From an uncultured Rhodothermaceae bacterium (GTDB lineage Bacteria; Bacteroidota; Rhodothermia; Rhodothermales; DASSAV01): a stretch of DNA of 57,399 bases. The translations under genes were made by a program, and so were the position numbers. A model generated the notes under the pieces. That model did no database searches and was not told the DNA's origin. It was given only the letters and a program-made list of their open reading frames with translations. The DNA lies in NCBI GenBank assembly GCA_965365465.1, contig CBDUBU010000001.1, positions 1 to 57,399 of the forward strand, read 5' to 3'. The stretch's first letter is position 1. Every line of letters begins with the position of its first letter. Shown one piece after another: positions 48,494 through 57,399 of this stretch.

Positions 48494-49714
48494 ATGCACA
48501 AGCTCGTCTCCGGCAGTCGAAGAAACCTGCTTTTACTTCTCACGCTGCTTTGCCTCATTCCCCTGTTCCCGACTGACGCAACGTCACACGAGCCTTTGCC
48601 GGCCGTGGAAAGAATCTCGTTTACGGAACGCGCTGACGGTAAAGGGCTGGTCGTCCGTTTTCACATGGCAGGAACCGTACATGCCTATAGCGCTCCAGAC
48701 CGCACAGACGCACAGCATATCGAGTTCCATCTTTTCAACACGGTTCTTAACCCTGCCTGCCGACAAGATCCACCGCGGCAACCAGTTTACGAATACACAG
48801 CGACTCCATGGAAACAGAGCCACCTGAAGGTTCGGCTTCAGATTGATCCTTCGGTGCACACGGAAACCGCTTTGTACCGGGATCGTGATTCGGATGACCT
48901 GTTACTGTCGCTGACGTATATCTCTAACGACCACCAGCCGGCAGGAGCCTTATCTGCTGAATCTCCCCGGAGGGCCGAGCCGGCGAAGTTGGAGGGGGGA
49001 GAACGATGGAAATTGGATACCATAGTCATCGATGCCGGGCACGGCGGGAAAGATCACGGTGCAGAGGCCAACGGGCTACGTGAGAAAGACGTAACCCTGG
49101 CAGTTGCCTTCAAAGTGGGCCGCTATCTGAAGGAGCAGCTTGGCATCAATGTCATCTACACCCGCCAGGATGACCGCTTCATTGAACTGAAAGAACGCGG
49201 AAGGCTTGCCAATCGGGCCGGCGGAAAATTGTTTTTGTCCATTCATGTCAATGCAGCTAAAAACACGGCAGCGGCAGGGACCGAAACGTTTTTCCTCGGT
49301 ATGCACAGAAGCGATGCCGCAAAACAGGTGATGGAGCGTGAAAACAGCGTCGTGCAGTACGAAAGCGATCCTGCGCAGTACCAGGACTACGATGACCGGG
49401 CGCTGATCTTGCAGACGCTGGCACAGAGCGCCTACATGAGAAAAAGCGAACAACTGTCCGGGCTTATCGAGAACGAACTGACACGCAGGACGGGTCGCTA
49501 CTCGCGTGGCGTGAAGCAGGCAGGCTTCTACGTCCTCTGGAGCGCCTCCATGCCTGCTGTGCTTATAGAGTTAGGTTTTCTGACGAATAAGCGTGAAGCT
49601 GGCTTTCTGAAAAGTGAAGCCGGGCAGAACAACCTGGCAAATGCTATATTTGAAGCGGTGAGCGCCTTCCGTGATCAGTACGAAAAGGATCTCCATCTCG
49701 TGAATGGTCAATGA
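48494..49714 (+). CDS. N-acetylmuramoyl-L-alanine amidase (AMIN-like N-terminus + Amidase_3)
   Basis: Signal peptide, IVIDAGHGGKD.GA, LSIH.NA and GF.VL......PAVL.E.GFL.N. The start is probably ATG 48494. Confidence 0.88.
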   Translation: MHKLVSGSRRNLLLLLTLLCLIPLFPTDATSHEPLPAVERISFTERADGKGLVVRFHMAGTVHAYSAPDRTDAQHIEFHLFNTVLNPACRQDPPRQPVYEYTATPWKQSHLKVRLQIDPSVHTETALYRDRDSDDLLLSLTYISNDHQPAGALSAESPRRAEPAKLEGGERWKLDTIVIDAGHGGKDHGAEANGLREKDVTLAVAFKVGRYLKEQLGINVIYTRQDDRFIELKERGRLANRAGGKLFLSIHVNAAKNTAAAGTETFFLGMHRSDAAKQVMERENSVVQYESDPAQYQDYDDRALILQTLAQSAYMRKSEQLSGLIENELTRRTGRYSRGVKQAGFYVLWSASMPAVLIELGFLTNKREAGFLKSEAGQNNLANAIFEAVSAFRDQYEKDLHLVNGQ

Positions 49715-49735
49715 TTACAATGCAAACAGGGCTGA

Positions 49736-50263
49736 ATGGAAATTACACTTGAACTGGAGCACACGATACGAAACATAGCAAACTTCCCGACGCCGGGAGT
49801 GCAATTCAAGGATATTACACCCGTCCTCGCAAATCCTGCCTTGTTGCGTCAGACGATCGACTTGCTCGCGGAACCCTTCCTGGAGGACAGGATTACGAAG
49901 GTGGTTGCCATCGAGGCGCGCGGTTTCATTCTCGGAGGAATGCTTGCCCATCGGCTCGGCGCAGGCTTCATTCCCGTGAGAAAGAAAGGTAAACTGCCAT
50001 ATGAAACAATCGAGGAAGCCTATGCCCTGGAATACGGCGCAGGAATCATTGAGATGCACGCGGACGCGCTCGCTCCCGGTGACCGCGTGTTGATCCACGA
50101 CGACGTTATTGCTACGGGCGGCACTGCCGCCGCCTCCTGCCGCCTCGCACAGCGCGCCGGCGCTGAAGTCGTGGCGTGCGCTTTCCTGATCGAACTGGGT
50201 TTCCTGAACGGCCGCAACGCCCTGGATCCACAGATGAGAGTGTATTCTGTCTTACACTTTTGA
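49736..50263 (+). CDS. apt: Adenine phosphoribosyltransferase
   Basis: FP.PGV.FKDITP.L, EARGF..G and VLI.DDV.ATGGT. Confidence 0.94.
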   Translation: MEITLELEHTIRNIANFPTPGVQFKDITPVLANPALLRQTIDLLAEPFLEDRITKVVAIEARGFILGGMLAHRLGAGFIPVRKKGKLPYETIEEAYALEYGAGIIEMHADALAPGDRVLIHDDVIATGGTAAASCRLAQRAGAEVVACAFLIELGFLNGRNALDPQMRVYSVLHF

Positions 50264-50319
50264 CGGTTTCAACATCTCAACTTATGCATTATCCAGCCCT
50301 CTATCGACCTGCTCTGTGC

Positions 50320-50880
50320 ATGAAAAACAAACTTCTTCCGCGCTTTCTTCACCAAAGCTTGTGTCTTGCAGCCTTCCTGACATTGACCCTCGCAGGCTGC
50401 GACACACTGGAGGATGGAACCGAAACGGTATTGCTCCAGAAGGAAGCTACGTTCCGCTTTGAGTTTGCAGCAGAGTCGGTGCCTCCCGGCAAAGATGTCA
50501 CCTTCACTTCCCGCGATCAGGTGGATCTCTCAAATAACCTGGACGGCTTTGCCAAGAGTGAAATTGTTGCTGCCGAGGTTGTCTCGGCAAACCTTCAGCG
50601 CATACAACCTCCCCTTACCAGTTTGAACCAGATTGTAAGAGCGGCAGAGCTTCAAATCGTTTCGGAGGGATTGTCTGGCGTTACGGTTGCAAGGCAGAAC
50701 GACTTCCCGGCAGGGCCTGCTACCAGTCTCACAGTCAATTCGGTCCAGGATGTGTCTGCGCACTTAAGGAAACCTGCCTTCGGTCTCACCCTCACAATGA
50801 CGCCTGCTGACCTGGAACCACTCGAAGACTACGCCCTTGAGGTAACAGTGAGGCTGAGAATTACTGTCGAAGGACTTTAG
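50320..50880 (+). CDS. Hypothetical lipoprotein
   Basis: MKNKLLPRFLHQSLCLAAFLTLTLAGC contains a lipobox. Start moved to ATG 50320. I recognise no homology. Confidence 0.55.
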   Translation: MKNKLLPRFLHQSLCLAAFLTLTLAGCDTLEDGTETVLLQKEATFRFEFAAESVPPGKDVTFTSRDQVDLSNNLDGFAKSEIVAAEVVSANLQRIQPPLTSLNQIVRAAELQIVSEGLSGVTVARQNDFPAGPATSLTVNSVQDVSAHLRKPAFGLTLTMTPADLEPLEDYALEVTVRLRITVEGL

Positions 50881-51290
50881 CGAACAGCTATGCACGAAAT
50901 CTCGACGCGTGCGCCTCTTGGCAAGGCTGCTGCCTGCACAGCTATGCGGGAAGGAGGAAATTCGCTGAAGTACCGTGCGTAGATCTCGTTCACCTGAGCG
51001 TAATCGCTTAAATCCGTAAGGTAAACCACACATTGAACTACGTGCTCGTAGCCCATGCCTGCCGAGCGCAGCACCGCTCCGAGATTATCAAGCACACGCT
51101 CCGTCTCTGCCTCGATGTTTAATGAAACAAGGCTCCCCGTCTCAGGGTCGAGCGCAATCTGTCCCGAACAATACAGCGTGTCGCCCGCCAGCACGCCCTG
51201 ACTATACGGTCCTATTGCTGCCGGAGCCTGAGAAGTTGCTACGCGAGAGCGAGACGTTGAAACAGATTTATGGTGGGTCATAACACGCAT
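50877..51290 (-). CDS. ridA: RidA/YjgF family enamine/imine deaminase
   Basis: AP.AIGPYSQG......LY.SGQI..DP and P.R..V....LP.GA.VEI..IA. Confidence 0.88.
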   Translation of the reverse strand: MRVMTHHKSVSTSRSRVATSQAPAAIGPYSQGVLAGDTLYCSGQIALDPETGSLVSLNIEAETERVLDNLGAVLRSAGMGYEHVVQCVVYLTDLSDYAQVNEIYARYFSEFPPSRIAVQAAALPRGARVEISCIAVR

Positions 51291-51367
51291 CGTTAAGTAT
51301 ATGGTGGACGCAAAACTCCGCTTTCACCTCCATTAAACCAAGCGAATATTATTCAAAGAAACTGTTC

Positions 51368-52177
51368 ATGAATTTAGGACTAACTGATCGCGTTGCATTT
51401 GTGGCCGGCGCCAGCAGCGGGCTTGGCCTTGCCACAGCCACGGAACTAGCGCGTGAGGGCTGCCTGGTGACAATCTGCTCGCGCGACAAACAGCGCATTA
51501 CCGAGGCTGCCCGTCATGTTGTCACGAACGGAAACTCGCACGAAGATCGCGTACTCGCCCTCACCTGCGATGTAACCGATGAAGATCAGATCCAGGAAGC
51601 CTTTGAGCAGACGGAAGCACGCTTCGGGGGAATTCATATTCTCGTCACTAATGCAGGCGGGCCTCCTGCCGGCTTCGTTGACGACTTTGATGCCGCAGAC
51701 TGGAGAGGCGCGCTCGAACTTAACCTGATGAGCACCATTAACCTTTGCCGGCGCGCGCTCCCCTATCTCCGGCGCAGCGCAAAGGAGGGCTTGGCCCGCA
51801 TCATTATGATTACTTCCGTCTCAGCAAAACAACCAATCCTCAACCTCTATCTTTCCAATGTGTCGCGGGCAGGTGTTCAAGGCTTTGCGAAAACCCTGTC
51901 TGAAGAACTGGGAGCCGAAGGAATCACCGTCAACACGGTCTTGCCTGGCTATACACGCACGGAAAGGCTCACCCACCTCAACCAGACGACGCAAATGCGC
52001 ACCGGGCAATCCGCCGAGGAGATTGAAAAGGGCTGGGCAGATGCAAATGCATTGAAGCGTATCGGCGAGCCGGAAGAGTTTGCTGCGGCAGTAACGTTCC
52101 TGGCCGGCGCCAGAGCTGGTTACATTACCGGGATTGCACTCCCCGTCGATGGAGGACGCATCAAGCACTTGCTATAG
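51368..52177 (+). CDS. SDR family oxidoreductase
   Basis: VAGASSGLG, NAGGPP, S...Y...R/K context and PG.T.T.R. Confidence 0.88.
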   Translation: MNLGLTDRVAFVAGASSGLGLATATELAREGCLVTICSRDKQRITEAARHVVTNGNSHEDRVLALTCDVTDEDQIQEAFEQTEARFGGIHILVTNAGGPPAGFVDDFDAADWRGALELNLMSTINLCRRALPYLRRSAKEGLARIIMITSVSAKQPILNLYLSNVSRAGVQGFAKTLSEELGAEGITVNTVLPGYTRTERLTHLNQTTQMRTGQSAEEIEKGWADANALKRIGEPEEFAAAVTFLAGARAGYITGIALPVDGGRIKHLL

Positions 52178-52228
52178 GCAGTAGCACGCCAGGCCGGGGC
52201 GCGGCAGAGCTTTTCTGAATGCACTGTC

Positions 52229-53905
52229 TTAATACATCAAGCGGTGCAACCGCGCCTTTGCCTCTTCAAACCCTTCAGCCGCCTCCCCGTCGCCGTCACG
52301 CATAGCCCTGTAGAACGACTCGTCATACGTTCGCGTCTTCACGACGACCGGCATTGGGACCGCATGTCCCAGGATCAATGCCTGCTGCTTTGAATCCAGT
52401 GATGCCAGCACCTGTCGCAGGGCAGAAGCATCGTGCGTTCCTACCAGCGCAGCGTTGATGTCTTTATCATCATTGAGCTGCGCTACGATCCTGGTGCCGA
52501 TCTGGCTCAACACCTCCTCGTCAATCCCACTAGGTCGCTGGTCTACCACGAGAAGGGATACGAAGTACTTGCGCATTTCACGCGCTATCTTTCCGAACGG
52601 CGTCTCATGCGCGATTCCAGGGCTCAAAAACTTGTGCGCTTCTTCGATAGTGATAATCAGTTGTCGAGGCTTATCCTCTTCTTTTTGCGTCTGAAGATAC
52701 TGGTTTGTCTTCTGCTCGTACCGCTCCCGAAGCCGGCGGGTAATTACGTTCGCAACAAGCAAATACACCTTCAAGTCGTCGTACTTCCCGAACTCGAAGA
52801 CGACTGATTTACCTCGATCCAGAGTCTCCAGCAGCGCATCAATGACATCTTGCCGGCTCCCTGTCGAGTCCAGGCTGAAAAACTCATACTTGCTGAACTG
52901 GATAAGCTTTCTGCGCAAGGCATCGAGCGATAGCCGGTTGGCGCCGCACTCTTCCGCAATCGCCTCTATCTCCTCGGCGCCGGCCCCCAACAGCCGGGAT
53001 AGCCACTTATTCCTGTATCGGTTCTGCAATAGAAAAGCACTCTCCGCAGCCGTAGCATTAAGATTGAGCGTGTCTCGAAGCGGCAGTATGTCGTCAGGCT
53101 CAATCTGGTCTGCATACAGATATACCTCATGATCCGGTTGATGTCCTCTGCTCCGCGTAGATTTAGGATCCAGCGAGAAGATGCTGACTTTACTGGGAAA
53201 AAGGTCGCGCAACCCTCGTACGAAGGAAGTCGTATTCGATTCCTGACGCGCCCTTAACCCATACTCCGAATGCATATCGAAAATCAGGTTGACTGCCCGG
53301 CCGGTCTTGATCGCGCCCGAGAGCAGCAACCGCGTCAAAAAGGTTTTGCCAGTTCCCGTTTTCCCGAATACCGCATTTGAACGTTCCACCAGCCGTTCCA
53401 GGTCGATACAGACCGGAATGCCTTCCATTCCTAACGGCTCGCCTACAGAAAAGAACTTGTTGCCTCCTTCGTTGGCTTCGCTCCCAAAAACACGCGCGAC
53501 ATCCTCTTCTGTGGCCTTAGCTACCTGGGAAAAGTGCGAGGGAACGGTCTTTACCGCACGAGGTGCCTCGCCCGAAAGCTCCTGATGCTGCCGGTTTTCC
53601 ATCATTAGCATGGGCTTCAACGAAACGGTAGCATACGTAGAGAGGCCCTGCATCACCAGACGCAGCAATTCTTCGTCTTCCGAGGGAGGATGAAGCAAAA
53701 TGCCTTCGTTGGCGGCATCAATAGACACATCCGTAATCATGGAGAAATAATCGAAGCGTGCTCCCTGCACCACCACAAACGTACCTGCCACCACGCTCTC
53801 GATAGACTCCGAGGCGCTGAGTTTCATCTCAACGCCCTGGCTAAGTGACCCGTGGGTTATGATGCCGATTTTGTCGGGGCGATCATTTGGCTTGAGAGGC
53901 TCCAT
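52229..53905 (-). CDS. HerA-like (DUF87, FtsK/HerA superfamily) P-loop ATPase
   Basis: N-terminal HAS-barrel-like segment (IGIITHGSLSQGVEMKL...GTFVVVQGARFDYFSMITDV), Walker A (FGKTGTGKTFL), Walker B-like LIITIEEAHKF and VVDQRPS. Start moved to ATG 53903-53905. Confidence 0.75.
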   Translation of the reverse strand: MEPLKPNDRPDKIGIITHGSLSQGVEMKLSASESIESVVAGTFVVVQGARFDYFSMITDVSIDAANEGILLHPPSEDEELLRLVMQGLSTYATVSLKPMLMMENRQHQELSGEAPRAVKTVPSHFSQVAKATEEDVARVFGSEANEGGNKFFSVGEPLGMEGIPVCIDLERLVERSNAVFGKTGTGKTFLTRLLLSGAIKTGRAVNLIFDMHSEYGLRARQESNTTSFVRGLRDLFPSKVSIFSLDPKSTRSRGHQPDHEVYLYADQIEPDDILPLRDTLNLNATAAESAFLLQNRYRNKWLSRLLGAGAEEIEAIAEECGANRLSLDALRRKLIQFSKYEFFSLDSTGSRQDVIDALLETLDRGKSVVFEFGKYDDLKVYLLVANVITRRLRERYEQKTNQYLQTQKEEDKPRQLIITIEEAHKFLSPGIAHETPFGKIAREMRKYFVSLLVVDQRPSGIDEEVLSQIGTRIVAQLNDDKDINAALVGTHDASALRQVLASLDSKQQALILGHAVPMPVVVKTRTYDESFYRAMRDGDGEAAEGFEEAKARLHRLMY

Positions 53906-54017
53906 ACTATAAACGAAACGGTGGTTGGAGATGAGAAGGTATCGTAAGATACGCATCCCTTCGCCAAACCACCGGGAAAGTGCTTTTGATCTCCTGAACA
54001 GGATGGATCAGAGCAAC

Positions 54018-54236
54018 TCAATCAGAATTGCTCACCTTGTCGATGGCCTTTTCTGTCAGCAGACCCGCAATTACAACCGCAACCACCTCGCCTATAACTC
54101 CGAGCACAAACCTGCGTATGAAAAACTTGATTGTCTTCGGAAGAAGGAGGAAAGCTAACACCGAACCGAAAAAACCAACGAGCCATTTCGTCAGGCTGCC
54201 GCGCAAGCCCGATTGCGAATCATAGGGATATTGCAT
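54018..54236 (-). CDS. Hypothetical small two-TM membrane protein
   Basis: 72-aa ORF with two hydrophobic helices (WLVGFFGSVLAFLLL and VIGEVVAVVIAGLL). It lies between rlmN and the HerA-like gene on the same strand. Confidence 0.35.
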   Translation of the reverse strand: MQYPYDSQSGLRGSLTKWLVGFFGSVLAFLLLPKTIKFFIRRFVLGVIGEVVAVVIAGLLTEKAIDKVSNSD

Positions 54237-54386
54237 CGAATAGTACGGGGATAGTTGTTACGAAAGTTCATGCTCAATGAAACGCAATATCACTTGCTCG
54301 CGCAATGAAGCTTCACGCAACCGACATAACGTTCTGGAAACTTTTCTTCCCCCACGCCCGGCTGCTTACTCAGCGTTTGCAGCAAG

Positions 54387-55499
54387 CTACTGGTCTTCTT
54401 TCACAGCTAGCTGTCCACAGGCAGCGTCGATATCGTCGCCGCGGCTCCGGCGCACCGTAACAGGAACCTTGTTACGAACGAGAATGCGGATAAAAGCATT
54501 CAGCCGCTTCTCCGCCGTCCGCCTGAAGCCAAGTCCTTCGACAGGGTTGTACATAATCAGGTTGACCTTGCTGGGCGCCCACCGTATAACCTCCGTCAGC
54601 CGCCGAGCATCTTCATCACTATCGTTGAAACCAGCAAACATACAGTACTCATACGTAACGCGACGACCCGTTTTCTGCGTGTAGTACTGAATGGAATCCT
54701 TGAGCGCTTTCAGATCCGTACTGGCTGCCCGGTTTACAGGCATGATAGCGCTCCTTTTCTCATCAACGGGGGCGTGAAGGGAAATTGCCAGATTAAAACG
54801 CACCTCGTCATCGGCAAGCTGCTTGATTCGCCGTGCTAACCCCACTGTCGATACCGTTATGCGCTTCGGTGCAATACCGCCTCCATCAGGGTCTGTCAGC
54901 AGTTCAATGCTCTTCAACACCCGGTCGTAATTCAACAATGGCTCCCCCATCCCCATAAACACGATATTTGAGACGCTACGACCAAAATGTTCAAGAGCCA
55001 GGGTGTTCATGTAATTGACCTGGTCAAAAATCTCACCCGCCGTCAGGTTCTGCCGGAACCCCATCAGACCCGTCGCACAAAAAGCGCATCCCATAGCGCA
55101 GCCTACCTGACTCGAAACACAAACGGTGAGCCGCCGGAGGCTGTCTTCATCTTCGAAGTCGGGTATGAGAACCGTTTCGATGTGGTTTCCTGTAGATAAC
55201 TCGAACAGCGCCTTGCAGGTGCGGTCGCGCGACCACTGCAAACGCACGCAGGAGAGGGTCTCTATCCGCGCTTCGGCTGCAAGTGTTTCCCGGAAAGCTG
55301 CGGGCAGATTCGTCATTTCCTCGAACGCGGTCGCCCCCTTCCCATAGAGCCACGCGAAAATCTGACGCCCCCGGTATGAGGGCTGCCCCAGGGCTGCTGC
55401 GAACGCTTCGAGTTCAGCCCGCCCCATACCTTTGATGTTAACGATGCCTGTGTCAGGGCGAGCGCTCTGACCGGCATTTATGATAAGATCCTGTTCCAT
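54387..55499 (-). CDS. rlmN: 23S rRNA/tRNA (adenine-C2)-methyltransferase, radical SAM
   Basis: YRGRQIF.W.Y, the radical-SAM cluster in SSQVGCAMGCAFCATG, GMGEPL.N and the C-terminal GDDI.AACGQL. Start moved to ATG 55497-55499. Confidence 0.94.
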   Translation of the reverse strand: MEQDLIINAGQSARPDTGIVNIKGMGRAELEAFAAALGQPSYRGRQIFAWLYGKGATAFEEMTNLPAAFRETLAAEARIETLSCVRLQWSRDRTCKALFELSTGNHIETVLIPDFEDEDSLRRLTVCVSSQVGCAMGCAFCATGLMGFRQNLTAGEIFDQVNYMNTLALEHFGRSVSNIVFMGMGEPLLNYDRVLKSIELLTDPDGGGIAPKRITVSTVGLARRIKQLADDEVRFNLAISLHAPVDEKRSAIMPVNRAASTDLKALKDSIQYYTQKTGRRVTYEYCMFAGFNDSDEDARRLTEVIRWAPSKVNLIMYNPVEGLGFRRTAEKRLNAFIRILVRNKVPVTVRRSRGDDIDAACGQLAVKEDQ

Positions 55500-55555
55500 A
55501 TCGTGATGCAACGCGCACCGGCAGAACCCGTTTCCCGGCGCCTGTCTCACTCGTT

Positions 55556-56347
55556 TCAGCGATCGCCGAATAGAGGGCGGCGAACAGTCCAGACTGCCAG
55601 CGCCACCAGAGCACCCGCAAAAAGCACACTCACGAGCAAGCTTATGCTAAGAGAAGCGATATGAAGAGAGGTATCCTGCGGCCAGTAAATGGCTTGTCGC
55701 AGAGCGCTTACCGCATATGAAACAGGATTCAGAAACATTATCCATCGCAGCATGAGAGAGGCTCCTTCTGCTGGAAAGAGAGCGCCGGAAAGAAACCACA
55801 GAGGAAGCAGAAAGAGATTCATTACTGCATGAAACCCCCGCGTGGAATTCATGCGCCATGCGATGATGAATCCGAGCGCCGTAAAAGCAAGACCAGTCAT
55901 GACGCTGATCACTATGGCAAGCAACAACCCGATAGCCCCCGGCTTTATTCCAATCACAGGCATCAATGCAAGAAAAAGAAGTGCTTCCCCTACTGCCAGG
56001 GTCGTACCGCCCAGGATATATCCGAACACCAGCGCGGCGCGTGGCGTCGGTGAAACCAGGGTAGCCTGCAAAAAACCTGCCTTGCGCTCCTCCACAATAG
56101 AAATCGTGGAGAAAATGGCAGTGAAGAGAATGATCATCGTAATGATTCCTGGGAACAGATATTCCATGTAGCTTATGCCGGAGGCAGCTTCATCGGCAAT
56201 CCTGAAAGTTCCCTGGAACCCCAAACCCAGTAGAAGCCAGAACCCGAGTGGTTGGGCAAGTGCTCCCAGAAGCCTGCTGCGGTCCCGAACGAATTTCTTG
56301 ATTTCACGCTCCCAGAGCGCTGTGACAGCAAGCATGGCACTGCTCAT
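55556..56347 (-). CDS. ABC-2 type transporter permease
   Basis: 263 aa with six TM helices, directly downstream of the ATPase gene. Confidence 0.85.
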   Translation of the reverse strand: MSSAMLAVTALWEREIKKFVRDRSRLLGALAQPLGFWLLLGLGFQGTFRIADEAASGISYMEYLFPGIITMIILFTAIFSTISIVEERKAGFLQATLVSPTPRAALVFGYILGGTTLAVGEALLFLALMPVIGIKPGAIGLLLAIVISVMTGLAFTALGFIIAWRMNSTRGFHAVMNLFLLPLWFLSGALFPAEGASLMLRWIMFLNPVSYAVSALRQAIYWPQDTSLHIASLSISLLVSVLFAGALVALAVWTVRRPLFGDR

Positions 56348-56401
56348 AATCCTGGACCGGGAATGAACATTGGGAAGAAAAAATGTGACGGAATGATGAA
56401 C

Positions 56402-57373
56402 CTATCGCACAGGCGCATGTTGCGCGTCCGCATTCTCCAGCGAGCCTGTATGCTCGCCCAGACGATGACCCGTATGAACCATAAATACATCTTCCAGCGT
56501 AGGCCGCCGTATGGTAGCGCTCTTGATCTGCTCGCCAAAAGAATCATAGAGAGACGCCAGGAGTGTATGCGCCTCCGAGTGAGAAATCTGAACGACATTC
56601 TCAACAACCTGCGCGTCGAAGCCGAAACGGGCCTGCACACTGTCAGAAAAATCGTGAGGAGAGATTGCCTCGATCCACAGTGTCTGACCGCTGAGGTGTT
56701 GCTTTAACGCTTCCGGGATGCCAACAGCAGCTACCTTACCCCTATCGATAATCCCTACCCTGTCGCAGGCATCTGCCTCTTCCATGAGGTGTGTAGCCGC
56801 TATCATCGTTGTGCCCTCCCGTCGACGCAGGCTAGCCATTTCCTGCCAGAACAGCCTGCGCGCTCCAGGATCAAGTCCGGTAGTCGGCTCATCTAACAAC
56901 AGCAGGCGAGGCGCGTGAAGCAGACCACGCACCAGGTCCACACGCCGCTGAAGCCCTCCTGAAAGCGTTCCAACACGAGCTTTCGCCCGGTCAGCTAATC
57001 CAAAACGCTCCAGAAGAACGCCCATGCGTTGCTTTAGCGACACGCCATGCAGCCCGTATGACGCTCCATGAAAGCGCAAATTTTCAGAAACGGTGAGATC
57101 ATCATCAAGGGCGGGTTGCTGAAAGATGACGCTGATGTTCCGACGCACCTCGTCAGGTTGACTGGCCGCATGGAGACCAAAAATACGAACTTCCCCCTCC
57201 TGCGCTTTGATGAGCGTTGACAGAATACGAAAAAGCGTCGTTTTCCCGCTGCCGTTCGGCCCAAGCAACCCGAAAAGTGTACCGCGCTCCACAGAGAGCG
57301 TCACATCCTGTAACGCCGGACGGTCGCCATACCGATGAGTGACCCCTTGAATATCCACGGCCTGATCTGCCAT
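56402..57373 (-). CDS. ABC transporter ATP-binding protein (DrrA/ABC-2 exporter type)
   Basis: Walker A (GPNGSGKTT), signature LSGG.QRR, Walker B (LLLDEPT.GLD) and an H-loop (TH). Confidence 0.93.
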   Translation of the reverse strand: MADQAVDIQGVTHRYGDRPALQDVTLSVERGTLFGLLGPNGSGKTTLFRILSTLIKAQEGEVRIFGLHAASQPDEVRRNISVIFQQPALDDDLTVSENLRFHGASYGLHGVSLKQRMGVLLERFGLADRAKARVGTLSGGLQRRVDLVRGLLHAPRLLLLDEPTTGLDPGARRLFWQEMASLRRREGTTMIAATHLMEEADACDRVGIIDRGKVAAVGIPEALKQHLSGQTLWIEAISPHDFSDSVQARFGFDAQVVENVVQISHSEAHTLLASLYDSFGEQIKSATIRRPTLEDVFMVHTGHRLGEHTGSLENADAQHAPVR

Positions 57374-57399
57374 AGAAAACCCTTATTACCCCTGCTATA

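Noticed and set aside
50877-50880. Four-nt stop-codon overlap (TTAG) between the convergent lipoprotein and ridA genes
   Set aside because: The overlap is real but is a trivial consequence of compact convergent genes. It carries no functional implication beyond the lack of an intergenic terminator.
1-57399. Search for tRNA, rRNA, CRISPR arrays, IS elements or integrases
   Set aside because: I noticed no GGTTCGAATCC-type T-arm motifs, no regularly spaced 25-40-bp repeats, no transposase or integrase motifs and no long terminal inverted repeats on reading through. A tRNAscan/CRISPR-finder run would be the formal check.

Overview
This is a densely coding, mostly housekeeping chromosomal window of 57.4 kb. 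GC looks like the mid-50s % by eye (not computed). No rRNA, tRNA, CRISPR array, transposase or integrase was recognised. All protein calls come from motifs I recognise in the supplied translations; no database search was run. Gene content (DUF4159/DUF4359-type proteins, a VKOR-thioredoxin fusion, a split 5'-nucleotidase domain lipoprotein, mostly absent Shine-Dalgarno sequences) suggests an FCB-group organism (Bacteroidota/Rhodothermota/Balneolota-like), but that is inference only.

Main contents:
- A same-strand tryptophan cluster, trpE-(unknown)-trpS-trpG-trpD-trpC-trpF-trpB-trpA (15.3-24.1 kb). It is preceded by a previously unlisted 33-aa leader ORF with three consecutive Trp codons and an intrinsic terminator that abuts the trpE ATG, so it looks like a classical ribosome-mediated attenuator.
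- hisG next to a minimal egtD/egtB ergothioneine pair.
- A tatC-ctp-tauE block, glyA, a RoxA-type JmjC hydroxylase and an aspartokinase/DAP-decarboxylase fusion.
- An ECF sigma/anti-sigma/periplasmic coiled-coil module.
- An orphan HerA-like ATPase, rlmN and an ABC-2 exporter.

Two stretches are not explained by convincing genes:
- 32.1-33.3 kb contains small membrane ORFs, an ATGA-coupled ORF pair and a strong terminator.
- 47.7-48.5 kb is about 0.8 kb and gene-poor, with helically phased CCGCA repeats and a 20-bp tandem duplication.

I see no clear defence island or mobile element. The most defensible new observations are regulatory (the trp attenuator, with trpS recruited into the operon), not a novel multi-gene system.
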